DNA of 64,000 nt from positions 54,622,001-54,686,000 of the forward strand of contig OX597830.1 in the NCBI GenBank assembly GCA_951406725.2, in the 5' to 3' direction. Under the pieces are notes generated by a model that was not told the origin of the DNA, searched no databases, and saw only the letters and a list, made by a program, of their open reading frames with translations. This document shows, one piece after another, positions 1-13,952 of this stretch (positions are counted from its first letter, which is position 1; the number at the start of each line of letters is the position of its first letter). The DNA comes from Octopus vulgaris. Its lineage: Eukaryota. Both the position numbers and the translations under genes were made by a program.

Positions 1-1045
1 GTTCAATCTCTCGCGTCTGCGTGCCAAGACCAAAATCAGAAGCGTCCTGATCAAGGAGATGCTATTTGCTGATGATGCCGCTCTGGTATCACACACAGCA
101 GAAGCCCTACAAAGGCTCATCAACTGTTTTGAGCAAGCATGTGGCAACTTTGGCTTATTTATCAGCCTCAAGAAGACCAACATCATGGGTCAGGCTACAT
201 CGACCATCCCAAACAGACATATTGGAAACCACAGACTACAGGAGGAGGAGAAGTTTACCTATCTTGGATCTACCGTCACCTACAACCTATCCCTTGATAC
301 AGAGCTCAATATACGCATTGGCAAGGCAGCTGCTGTGATGGCCCAACTCTCCAAACGGGCATGGGACAACAATAAGCTGACCAAGACCACAAAAATAAAG
401 ATTTACCAGGCATGTGTACTTAGCACTCTACTGTATGAAAGTGAAACTTGGACGCCATACACACGCCATACGACGCCATACGTCGCCTAAATATCTTTCA
501 CCTGCGCTGCCTCCGGAAATTTCTTCGCATCAAATGGCAGAATCATGTCCCCGACAAAGATGTCCTCAAGCAAGCAGGAATACCAAGCATGTTTGCACTC
601 CTCACACAAAGACGTATGAGATGGCTTCGACATGTTAGCTGGCAGAATCCCCAAGGACATACTCAACGGAGAGCTTGTTAGGGGCACTAGGTCTGTGGGA
701 AGACCGTTCTTACGATACAAGGATGTTTGCAAAAGGGACATGAATACCTGCAACATCAATATTACCAACTGGGAAGCAGTTGCCAGCAACCGTGGAGATT
801 GGCGACATACCGTAAAAGAGCGAACACAAAGGAGTGACATAGAGGGAGAGGAGAAAAGGAAAGACAAGAAAAGACGTCAACAAGAAAGTATGACATTACA
901 ACCAGCCAGGCAGGGAGTGTTTGTCCAGGATAGGACTACACAGCCACAGCAGGAGATGTATTAGAACATGAAATGCAAAAGCCGGACTAGATTATTTTAT
1001 GCGCAACTCCATTGTCTCCCGAGACAAAAAGGATGCCAACAACAA
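1..1045 (+). mobile_element. RTE-clade (BovB-like) LINE, 3' part of the RT ORF, frameshifted
   Basis: ORF 59-490 has LFADDAAL, ISLKKT, FTYLGS, RIGKAA and STLLY.SETW. It continues in shifted frames (RLNIFHLRCLRK, RIPKDILNGEL..G.R..GRP.LRYKD). A short local duplication (acgccatac x3) at ~452-481 breaks the frame. The element ends in gatgccaacaacaa. Confidence 0.9.
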
Positions 1046-1050
1046 TATAT

Positions 1051-1240
1051 ATGGATTTCGTAGACAGGAACTGAAACAAATCAATCGTATATATATGTAT
1101 ATATGTAAGTGTATGTGTGTGTCTTTGTCTCTGTGTTTCGCCCTCATCACTGCTTTACAGCTGCTGTTCATTTATTTACATCCACAAAACTTACTGGTTT
1201 CACAAGAACAAACTTATAGAATAAGTACTAGGCTTATCAA
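1051..1240 (+). mobile_element. Partial, diverged CORE-type SINE (family C)
   Basis: ggatttcgtagacaggaactgaaa + (TA)/(TG) tract + tagaataagtactaggctt match the internal part of the copies at 49337 and 59079. Confidence 0.65.
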
Positions 1241-1331
1241 CATAAAAAGCACTAGGCTGTGTCTCATATTTTTGTTTGCCCACTCAGTTGTATCTATCAA
1301 TTTATCTTTGTGTGTGTGTGTGTGTGTGTGT

Positions 1332-2531
<1,200 letters not shown>

Positions 2532-2775
2532 GGTATAAGTTAGAAGCGTTTAAACCCTCTAAGGGATAGATGCATCCAGAGGCACTCCTGATAATTACCT
2601 CAGTATGTATGGTCCTTGTTATAAAGTATACGATAATAGGTCATTTAAAAAGTAAACCATAGTTTAATGTACACATAAACGATAAGAAAATGGAGGAATG
2701 AATAACAACTGAAGTGGGTCTTCGGTGCTAAAAAGCCATTATTTAATTAGTTAAGGGAGATGAGAGTATGAGTGA

Positions 2776-2852
2776 GTCTACAGCTGTTTCTATGTACCAT
2801 TATGAGGTAAATATGTATTTACCTCGTTGCAAATGGTAGACATCATCAGAAC
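2776..2852 (-). ncRNA. Minimal hammerhead ribozyme motif (Penelope-like element fragment)
   Basis: The minus strand reads gtt-CTGATGA-tgtctaccatt...gaggtaaat acat atttacctc..aatggtacata-GAAAC-agct-GTA-gac: full core, long stem II, palindromic stem III. Confidence 0.7.
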
Positions 2853-2870
2853 GAAAAAGGAGAATAGAGC

Positions 2871-2900
<30 letters not shown>

Positions 2901-2901
<1 letters not shown>

Positions 2902-3257
2902 TAGAAGAAATGAGGTAATCAGAAGATCGGATGGTTCATATTTACAGATATTTATTTATATATTACATTTTTTACATATATATCATATTATTCAGATCAT
3001 TAGCGCTTCCTCCTCATCCACTTCACCCTCTTGTGCTGTCTTGTTCCTCCCCACCACTACGAAACTCTATAAAATGATTAAAATTCCCCACAAAGGAATT
3101 ATTTTGATTTGAAAACCCCACTAGAATGGGAGAAAGCTCTAATGATCTGAATGATATGATCTGAATGATATGATATATATATGTAAAAAATGCAATATAT
3201 AAATAAATATCTGTAAATATGAACCATCCGATCTTCTGATTACCTCATTTCTTCTAA
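2901..3257. repeat. ~110-bp inverted repeat with ~115-bp spacer, between (TA)n tracts
   Basis: 2901-3013 (ttagaagaaatgaggtaatcagaagatcggatggttcatatttacag...) is the reverse complement of 3129-3257 (...ctgtaaatatgaaccatccgatcttctgattacctcatttcttctaa). Confidence 0.9.
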
Positions 3258-3292
3258 TATATAATACCTGCACATCATCTCCAAACCTTCCA

Positions 3293-3329
<37 letters not shown>

Positions 3330-3333
<4 letters not shown>

Positions 3334-3438
3334 TTACTTAGCATAAGTAACAGAGTTACTCAAGGTCCGAGTGTTTCGTGCCAACGCACGAAACACTCGG
3401 ATCATGAGTAACTCTGTTACTTATGCTAAGTATTAATA
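3330..3438. repeat. Near-perfect hairpin/palindrome (~45-50-bp arms, 4-nt loop)
   Basis: agcataagtaacagagttactca..tccgagtgtttcgtgc CAAC gcacgaaacactcgga..tgagtaactctgttacttatgct. Confidence 0.9.
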
Positions 3439-3663
3439 AAAGTATATGTATTCTCATATTTTGTGTTCTATCTTTCCTGTTTGTATCAAGATACTTATAT
3501 ATATACATACAGGTATATTAAAATTATAATTAAGGGTATCTAAAAGATACCACCATGCTAGATAAAGCAGCAAAAACTTGACTCTAAAACCACATTAAAT
3601 GTTCATACAGCACCAGGAGAGAAGACAAAGAGACAAAATAAACTAGCAAAAATTATTGGATGA

Positions 3664-3719
3664 ATCCAGATACCGGATTTCTGGCTCTGCACAAGAAATG
3701 CTTTGCTTCATCAGTGGAA
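3664..3719 (-). ncRNA. Hammerhead ribozyme-like motif (Penelope-like fragment)
   Basis: Minus strand: ttcca-CTGATGA-agcaaag...gagcca-GAAA-tccggt-ATC-tggat. Stem I is tcca/tgga; stem II is degenerate. Confidence 0.5.
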
Positions 3720-3942
3720 TACACGCAACAAATATGTGTATGTATGTATATATATATATATGTAAAAAAATACAAACTGTGACAAGAACGCAAAACATTT
3801 AGAAGACGATACAAAAAACACGGACGGGACATTCGAAGCCTTCAATCTTCAGTCAAGAACCGGATCATTCTCGCAATTTCGGCTGATTTATATATATACG
3901 AATACAACATACGAATACTTACGTATACGCACGTATACACAC

Positions 3943-5521
3943 ATGCTTCGATTGATCATCACGCGGGACCAAGTCAAACGTGTTATTCAAGGCCTCGATG
4001 TCAACAAGGGTCACGGCCCTGACGGCATACACCCACGGGTTATCAAAGCGTTGGCTCCGGTCATCTGCGAGCCCTTAACACGACTATTCAATATGTCATT
4101 GGCGACGGGTGTTATACCTGCAGACTGGAGAACAGCGATAATCTGCCCAATTTTCAAGAAAGGGAGCCGCGAAGACCCGCTTAACTACCGACCGGTTTCC
4201 CTTACATCAATAATCAGCAAGATGTTCGAAACCATCCTTAAGAAAAGTATGATGCTCCACCTCCTAAACACAGCCTCGATCACTGATTCCCAACACGGCT
4301 TCGTGCCGAAGAGATCATGCTTGACCAACTTACTAGTAATGGAAGAATTGGTGACGCGCATCCTCGATGATAGTGATGCTGTTGACATCGTTTTATTGGA
4401 CTTTGCCAAAGCTTTTGACTCGGTAAACCACCGCCTACTACTTGTCAAGCTTCAAGCATATAGTTTCCATCCGGATATTGTACGATGGGTTGGTGCCTTC
4501 CTTTCAGATCGCTCCTTCCAAGTTCAAGTTAATGGTTCGCGGTCCGACGTCTCCAGTGCGAGCAGTGGCGTGCCTCAAGGTTCAGTGCTTGGGCCCTTGT
4601 TGTTCTTAGTCTTCATAAATGACTTGCCCGACGACCTCACGCAACACACCCTTCTATTTGCCGACGATATCAAACTGGTCGCTCCTCGCGGTAGTATAGA
4701 GGATCTTCGTCGATGCCTCCACCAAATTTGGAAGTGGTCTAACGATTGGGACCTGTGTCTGAACGTGTCAAAGTGCTGTCATCTGCCTGTCGGCTCTACT
4801 CCTGCAACTCAACTTGATTTCGAGCCGGGTCGTCTGCTGCTGGAGAGGACCGATCAGGTAAAGGACCTGGGTATCTTGGTGGATTCCTCCTTTTCGCCTT
4901 CGGCCCAGTGCGTCCATGCTGCCAACAAAGCGCGCGGAATCCTGTTTTTGATTCGACGGTCATTCGGAATGCTCACAGCAGCCATATTCCTGCCACTCTA
5001 TGTCACGCTGGTGAGACCCATATTGGAGTATGGGATTCAAGCCTCTTCTCCTTATCTCCTCAAAGACATACAGCACCTCGAAAGAGTCCAGAGGCTGGCT
5101 ACCCGCATGGTTCATGGTCTCAAAAATTTGTCCTACGAAGAAAGGCTGAGGACGCTCGACCTTTGTTCTCTTGAAAAACGCCGCCGCCGTGGTGATCTCA
5201 TTCTCGCCCACAACATCATAAGCGGGAAGTGTAACCTCTCGAAAGAGCTGTTCTTCACTCCTGCTCCGGAGCGTCGGCTGCGGGGTCATTCCGAAAAGCT
5301 CTACCTGCGACGATTTCATCTCAATCGAAGGAGAGGAGCTTTCTCCGTCCGGGTTGCGGATCCGTGGAACAAGCTGCCAGACGAGATGGTGAAGATGCCG
5401 ACGACCGCTTTGTTCAAAGCCTCCCTGGACCTCAAGTGGCCTGAACTCTTTACATGAACACCACCCTGTACTTAACTCCATGTCCCCCTAAATGGCCTTG
5501 CTATTTGCTTTTGAGCCAAAT

Positions 5522-5569
<48 letters not shown>
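3943..5569 (+). mobile_element. 5'-truncated CR1-type LINE with intact RT C-terminal ORF, short 3'UTR and (TAAC)n tail
   Basis: Uninterrupted 504-aa ORF (3943-5457) with GPDGIHP, NYRPVSLTS, QHGF...SC.TNLL, DFAKAFDSV, GVPQGSVLGP, FADD, LERVQR.ATR and WNKLP. Tail (TAAC)12 at 5522-5569. No endonuclease domain. Confidence 0.92.
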
Positions 5570-5711
5570 ATATATATGCACGTATGCACACGACCAGTTT
5601 AAATTGTCCACCTAAACTCCACATGCGATATGGTCAAAATACCATCGCAGTGAATATAATGACGAAATATATATATAAATTATCCTCATTTATATAAATT
5701 TATATATATAC

Positions 5712-5806
<95 letters not shown>

Positions 5807-6027
5807 CATACATATGTATGTATGTAAAAGAACTCGGGTGTTTGGGCCTTCAGCCAGGCCTTTCGCGATACTCTTAAAGTCAGGAACTTCTCAACAACCC
5901 CGCATACATAGGCACACACACGCACATATACAAACACACACATAAATATGTTTAGAGTTAGCTATCGATAAAAGAGTACTCAGTATCAAAGTAGAGACTC
6001 GACTAAAAAAAACATATATTCGTCTGT

Positions 6028-6069
6028 ATGCATCTATCTATCTATCTACCTATCTACCTACCTACCTAC

Positions 6070-6136
<67 letters not shown>

Positions 6137-6149
6137 CCTATCTACCTAC

Positions 6150-6223
<74 letters not shown>

Positions 6224-6268
6224 GTCTGTCTGTTTGTCTCTCTGTCTGTCTGTCTATCTGTCAATCTG

Positions 6269-6358
<90 letters not shown>

Positions 6359-6430
6359 CCTCCCTCTCTCCCTCCCTCGATCGATCAATCCATCCATCCA
6401 TCCATTTATGTATGTATGTATGTATGTATC
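6028..6430. repeat. (TCTA)n/(TCTG)n microsatellite
   Basis: Direct reading. Confidence 0.95.
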
Positions 6431-6479
6431 GATTTCGACGTGTGAAGCTCCGACAACGTACTCTTTGTCAGTCATAATG

Positions 6480-7012
6480 CTTATGTCAAATGTGACATTT
6501 GAGTCCTGCCAACGATTTGCAAAGAAGTCTACAAATGTTGCAAATTTGAGGATTACAGGTCAGTGTAGGTAGTATATTTTCAGCCGCTTTCCTCCTTTGC
6601 CTTGCACCCTGAAGCCTGTTAATGTTGGTTGCAACAAATTTTTTAATACCATCTTGACACAACGATATCCATTTTGTTCGTACCAAGGCTGTTCGCTCAA
6701 AGGTGTTATGAGCTAAGAGGTTACTCTTCAGATTGTCCTTATATCAGAGCCATGGTCTATCAACATTCGTGTGTCCAATCTCAAGCTGGCTCTACATGAG
6801 GACTTTGGATATTCTTTCGTCACTCATTCTGACGACACGGCCAGTCCAGCGCAATTGTGACTGTACAAGGAAGCTCTCAATTCCACCAGTCTTACACTTG
6901 CTAAACAAGTCGGCATTATAAGACCTAGAATGAATTCAGCACTTCAGCACAATCCATGGCAATCATTTTTGTATCCCTCTGTTTCTAACAACTTGGCATG
7001 TAAACGATTCGT
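6480..7012 (-). mobile_element. RTE-type LINE 3' remnant with C-terminal zinc finger
   Basis: Minus-strand translation gives [18 protein letters not shown] and RTKW...CQDG. Upstream sequence matches Q.RWTG.V.RM...R.PK.L. Related to 57475-57730. Confidence 0.7.
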
Positions 7013-7013
7013 G

Positions 7014-7051
<38 letters not shown>

Positions 7052-7082
7052 TACATATATATGTATATATATATATATATAT

Positions 7083-7146
<64 letters not shown>

Positions 7147-7199
7147 CTATATATATATAGATGTGTGTGTGTGTGTGTGTGTGTATATGTATGTATGTA

Positions 7200-7246
<47 letters not shown>

Positions 7247-7397
7247 GAATCGTTTACATGCCAAGTTGTTAGAAACAGAGGGATACAAAAATGATTGCAA
7301 TGAATATTGCAGTTGTGCTGAATTCATTCTAGGTCTTACAATGCCGACTTGTTTAGCATATATATATATATATGTACATACATACATATATACATAA

Positions 7398-7666
7398 AAA
7401 CGATAAACGTCGCCCTTTTCAAGCCTAGCCAGACTCATGGGCTCGGTTTCCCGGTTTCTGTGGCGTATGTGTTCCCCACCAGCTGGACGGGACGCCAGTC
7501 CATCGTAGCGCTCCCCAAGAAACAGGAGAGAGAGAGCGAACCTCGTGGAGCTTTTTTTTAGGTGTTTTCGCTCAATAAACATACACAACACCCGGTCTGG
7601 GAATCGAAACCGCGGTCCTCCGACCGCGAGTCCGCTGACCTAACCACTGGACCATTGCGCCTCCAC
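7398..7666 (-). mobile_element. tRNA-Arg(TCG)-like head SINE (head H1) with V-domain-like tail
   Basis: Head ggaggcgcaatggtccagtggttagg.cagcggactcgcggtc...gtttcgattccc, as at 53010. Tail cgatggactggcgtcccgtccag...cagaaaccggg. Confidence 0.75.
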
Positions 7667-7736
7667 ACGTGTATACATACACAAATATAAATGGATAGGT
7701 ACACATATATACATTATATTAACACACACACACACG

Positions 7737-7768
<32 letters not shown>

Positions 7769-7863
7769 GTCAAACACACAAGCACTCCTTTATTTCTTCT
7801 CCCTTTTCATACTTCATTTCCCCCTCCACACCCACTCCCCCTCTCTCTATCGTTCTCTCCCTG

Positions 7864-7913
<50 letters not shown>

Positions 7914-7970
7914 TCCATCTGCGTGATGATATAATATCCGTATTCTTTTTATTTATTTATTATATTTCAG

Positions 7971-8069
7971 GTTCCAATGTCCAGAAATGGTGTTGCATCG
8001 CTTGATTCTCTCTTTACCTCATCAATGTTGGATGCTGAAACAGAGAATATTAGGGTGTTAAGTTTAGAG
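7971..8069 (+). CDS. Candidate orphan internal coding exon (33 codons, phase 0/0), product unknown
   Basis: Pyrimidine-rich acceptor ttattatatttcag|GTT and donor GAG|gtaacg. 99 nt, open frame [34 protein letters not shown] unique island between microsatellites. Confidence 0.6.
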
Positions 8070-8182
8070 GTAACGAAATTGTACACACCTGTAAATGTTC
8101 TATACGTATGTATGTATGTATGTATGTATGTATGTATGTATGTATGTATGTATGTATGTACAAGTCTCTCTCTCCTTCTTTC

Positions 8183-8225
<43 letters not shown>

Positions 8226-8245
8226 TGGCAGGGCTCAATTTTTAA

Positions 8246-8278
<33 letters not shown>

Positions 8279-8279
8279 T

Positions 8280-8317
<38 letters not shown>

Positions 8318-8324
8318 TTATATG

Positions 8325-8371
<47 letters not shown>

Positions 8372-8454
8372 GCACGCGCACACATACTGACTCTTAAGTG
8401 TATACATTCCCTCTCAGATGCACGCATACACATACAAACACATGTATGTATGTA

Positions 8455-8497
<43 letters not shown>

Positions 8498-9089
8498 ATG
8501 TGTGTGTGTGTGTGTGTATACATAAATATATATACATATATATATATGCATAATCATCTACATATACATATATATGCATACATGCACATACATAAAACCA
8601 CACGCACACTTACATACACGCACACACACACACGCACGCACACACACACTTACATACACGCACACACACACATACACACACACGCACGCACACTGAAGCA
8701 GACACATGTGCATTGCGTAAGTGTAAGTGCATGTGTGTGAGTGTGAGTGTGTGTGTGTGTGTGTTTGTGTTTGTGTGAGTCTGTGTGTGAGAGAAAGAGA
8801 GGGGAGGGGGAGAGAGGGGGGAGGGATAAAGAGAGAGAGAGAGTGGGGGGGTATTTATGTGCATGTGATGTGATTTAGTAGTGTTAAAGTAGAAACCAGG
8901 TCTGACCAGTGTGAAATGTCGTTTAAGTTGCTCGTTGGACTTGAGCCAGATTTCCGTGTTGTGTGAGTGAGTCATTCACACCGGGAGGTCATTCGTACAT
9001 GTCTGGAGTGGAAGGGTGGAGAGAGACGGTGGTGGAGAAAGAGTGAGAGACAGAGAAAGTGAGACGGGGAAAAGAGAGAAATAGGGAGA

Positions 9090-9561
<472 letters not shown>

Positions 9562-9927
9562 AAGGGAGAGATTAATCTCTTTTTCTATCACTCACCCACC
9601 TGCTCATTTATACTAGAAATAATAGTCAGATGGTATACTTGTATTGTAGTAGTTGTTGTTGTTAGTGGTGGTGTTGAGTAAACACAAGTATATATGTGTG
9701 TGTGTGTGAGTGTGTGTGTGTGAGTGTGTGTGTGTGTATTTAAAAATGTGTATTTGTATGTAAATGTATATGTCTATATAGATGTGTGTTTGTGTACATA
9801 CACACACACTTGCATATATATATATAATATATATAATATATATATATATGTATGTATATATATGTATATATATATGTATATATATTATATATATATATGT
9901 ATATATATATATGTATATATGTATATA

Positions 9928-10033
<106 letters not shown>

Positions 10034-10284
10034 CGTGTGTGTGTGTGTTGTAATCAGTGCTAAGAGATGGTGATCTTGAATGGAAGGCGATCGATTCTGA
10101 ACAAAAGTACAGATTTCTCTCCCTCTTTTCCTCTACGTCTGCCTCTGTGTGTGTCTTTGTCTGGCTGTCTCTCTCTCTTTCTCTAATATACCCCCCATCC
10201 TCTCCCTCTTAATTAATACTCACTATTGCTGTCATTCTTTCATTGAGTTTTCGTTTTAGTACCCTGTCACCTTTCCACTCAAAC

Positions 10285-10680
10285 ATTCACTCCACTCACT
10301 CACTCACTCACTCACTCATACATTCACTCCACTCACTCACTCACTCACTCACTCACACACTCACTTACTCACTCACTCATTCACTCACTCACTCCACCCA
10401 CCCACTCACTCACTCACTCACTCACACACTCACTCACACACTCACTCACACACTCACTCCACCCACTCACTCATTCACTCATTCACACACTCACTCACTC
10501 CACTCAGTCACTCACTCATTCACACACTCACTCACTCACTCACTCACTCCACTCAGTCACTCACTCATTCACACACTTACTCACTCACTCACTCACTCAC
10601 TCACTCATTCAATCCCTCTCTCACTCATATACAGTCTACGTCACACTCACACGGTCCCTAACTCTCACACACTCATACAC
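10285..10680. repeat. (ACTC)n microsatellite, degenerate
   Basis: Direct reading. Confidence 0.9.
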
Positions 10681-11118
10681 CCTCTCTCCCCCCCTCTCTC
10701 TCTATCTCTCTCTCTATCTCTCTATCTTACTTCCTCATTCAACCTCTCCCCTCTCCTCTTCTTTCTCCCCCTTTTTTAGTCTCTCCTTGTCTTTCTAATT
10801 TCCCTTCTCTCCTCTTTCCCTTCTCCCTCTTCACCTTTCAACCTTCACTTTCTCTCTGCTCTCTCTCGCATCCTCTCCCTATTCCTTTTCTCTCATCCAC
10901 TTCACCCTCTCTCACGCACTCTTCACAGTCTTTCCCGTCTCCTTATTCCTCCCCCACCTCTCTGTCCCTCATCTCCTGAAACCAGACAAGACAATTTCTA
11001 TAAAAGAATAATTGATTGAAAGCCAAACCAACAGGATTTCAAATGAAGACGTTTTTGTTCTTTGACTAAATAAGTAAAGACTTTATCAAGGGAGGAGAGA
11101 AAGACAGAAAGTGAGAGG

Positions 11119-11162
<44 letters not shown>

Positions 11163-11360
11163 AAGAAAATGGGAGATGGAGGGAAGGAGAAAGAGGAGGT
11201 TGGAAGAGTGACAGTTTGGCAGCTGGCCAAGTTGGTAGAGTATCATCAGTGATGGCGTGAAAGTGATTGAAGATTTGTATCACATTATCACACGGGGTAT
11301 GGGTCGAATTGCATAGCGAGACAATACACACACACACGCACAGACACAGACACAGACACA

Positions 11361-11403
<43 letters not shown>

Positions 11404-11559
11404 ACACCCTCACATATGTAGGATGCTTTAGCTGCAATATTAAGAGTGCTGTACGTTTGCAGGAACACAATATGTCCCGGTATAAAAAAAATATATATAT
11501 ATATTCTATTTTAATACGCACGACTATATGCTTTGAAATATTCTTCTATACATTTAGTG

Positions 11560-11660
11560 CAGTGCTTCTCAACTGGGGGCCATATGACCCCTGGATGTCC
11601 ATATAAGATGTTTGGGGGTCCACGTTAGGTTCACAGCAGTATTTTATGAGTCCATGAAAA
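11560..11660 (+). mobile_element. hAT-like MITE end (weak)
   Basis: cagtgcttctcaactggggg...gaccc start resembles hAT non-autonomous termini; no partner end was found. Confidence 0.35.
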
Positions 11661-12607
11661 AGTTTTGCTTTACAAGTATTTATAGCAAGAAACAGGTTTC
11701 TCTCTCTGATGTTGCAACTGCTAACGACTCTAAAAGAGAGGTGCTTTCAAAAAATTTATATATTTAGAAGAAAATCTGTCTAGTCTTTGCTTTTGCTTGC
11801 AAGCAAGGTAGACAAATATGGACATGTTTCGCTCTATTAAAGTTCATCGGCTTAGTGTGTGTCATTTATTTGACATTTAAAGATGTCTTGCCTTTGCCTG
11901 GGCCGTCAAGATCTTAATGGTGTCATAAAGGTGCTTCCGTGACATACAGCGTGCCTTAGGCATTGGTAGACCTGGGAGATCCCATTCTTCTCTAGGTCTG
12001 ACCACACCCAATTTCTTCCAGAGACAAAGACAGGCAAACAGAAAGAGCGACAGAAGAGAAGAACTGTCCTCAGTACGTGATTGGTATTTTATTTATCAAC
12101 CCCAGAGAGTTGAAAGGCAGAGCTGATCTCGGCGGGACTTGAACTCAGATCGTAAGGAGCCGCAATAATTACCACTAAGCAACATATCCGAGGTTCTAAC
12201 AACTCTGCCAATTAGCTACTTTAATTAACGAAGAACAGAGTTCAGAGATCTACCTCATGGTAGATCTGGACTATAAAGTCAAACTGGAATGGTAAAGTTG
12301 TTGTCGTTGTGACTTAGCTTCATATCAGCTTTGTAGCTATTCTGTGTTTTTTTTTCTTTTCTTAAGACATTAAAGTATGGTTTGAAGGATATTTAGCTGC
12401 TATTCCTAAAAGGTCGAGTAACTATATATAAATTACTCCATTCTTTGGCCTCAAGACTCAGATATACAGACCATAAAATGGTGAAAAATGTTCAGGCAGT
12501 TCTAAAGAGTCTTTTGGTGTTTGCTTGTTTCACTTTTGTATCGTTGTCATTGTCGCAATAACTGTAATCGCTGGTGCCATTGTTGTTCATGTTATCGTTG
12601 TTGCAGT

Positions 12608-13110
12608 CTTCTTCTTCTTCTTCTTCTTCTTCTTCTTCTTCTTCTTCTTCTTCAAATCAGGACTCACGCCATTAGCCACAAAGAATAATCTCTAATTCGA
12701 GCCTACCCTAAGCTACTAAGAATCCACCCACCACACGCGATAGATTGGCGGTTGCACGGGCGCGAAAGCTACCTTGTTATCCCCATTCCGTAAATGGTGG
12801 CTTTTAACGGGTGGAGAGCCGAACCATCCTGGGGTACAGGGGATTCGCAATCTAGACTAGGGTCTGAAAGTTTACCACACCATAGTGGTTTACACCATGG
12901 TTCCTCTGCTTTGTGGCAGATGTAGGAAGAAAGAGTGAGAGAAAGTTGTGGTGAAAGAGTACAGCGGGGTTCACCACCCCACCCGCCGGAGCCACGTGGA
13001 GCTTAGGTGTTTTTGCTCAATAAACACTCACAATGTCCGGTCTGGGAATCGAAACCGCGTTCTTACGACCGCGAGTCCGCTGCCCTAACCACTGGGCCAT
13101 TGCGCCTCCA
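12608..13110 (-). mobile_element. Chimeric SINE: H1 (tRNA-Arg-like) head + T2 body + (GAA)n tail
   Basis: Reverse complement of 33603-34095 along its full length. Confidence 0.85.
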
Positions 13111-13239
13111 CAGTTGTTCCTGTTGTTTTCATTGTCGTTGTTCTCGTTGTTATTGTTGTAGTAGCCGGTGTCGTTGTCTCCTCTGTTGTTGTTGTTGTTG
13201 TCCTACTTTATTGCAATTTATATTTTTTATATTTTACTT

Positions 13240-13372
13240 GAACAATTTTTAGTTGAATGAATCGTCCCTGGTACTTATTCTTTTGCCGAACCGCTAAATT
13301 ACGCTGTAATAAGCACACCAACACCGGTTGTCAAACGATGGCAGGGGAAAAACTCAGACACAAAACACATAC

Positions 13373-13430
<58 letters not shown>

Positions 13431-13952
13431 TGAGACCCCCTTCGGTCATGACTGACCATGGGATTGTACCTAGAAAGTTACCCTTCCAAGCACAAGTCCG
13501 GGCAAAGTTGTTTATGGAAGACCAGCAGTCGCCCATGCATACCGGCCTCACCTCTCCACGCCACCAGTGTTATCCAAGGGAAAGGCAAAGGCCGAAACAG
13601 CTTGGCACCTGTGACGTCGGTGGCAACTTATTTTTACAGCTGAGTGAACTGGAGCAACGTGAAATAAAGGGTCTTGCTCAAGAATACAACACACAGCCCG
13701 GTCCAGGATTCGAACTCACAACCTCACGATCGTAAGCTCGACGCTCTAACCACTGAGCCATGCACCTTCATACACACACACACACACACACACACACGAT
13801 GGGCTTCTTTCAGCATCCGTCTACCAAATGCATTCACAAGGCTTTGGTCGACCTAGGGCTATAGTAGAAGACACTTGCCCAATTTACTGCAGTAGGACTG
13901 AACCCAGAACCATGTGGCTGGGAAGCAAGCTTCTTACCACACAGCCGCGCCT
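13240..13952 (-). mobile_element. CORE-type SINE (family C) interrupted in its internal microsatellite by an H2-head SINE (13430-13770)
   Basis: Head at 13952-13800 (ggcgcggctgtgtggtaagaagcttgc) and tail part at 13375-13240. The insert matches 41090-41428. Confidence 0.8.

Noticed and set aside
5522-5569. (TAAC)n as a telomeric repeat
   Set aside because: It is a 4-mer directly after the LINE 3'UTR, so it is the element's tail, not TTAGGG.
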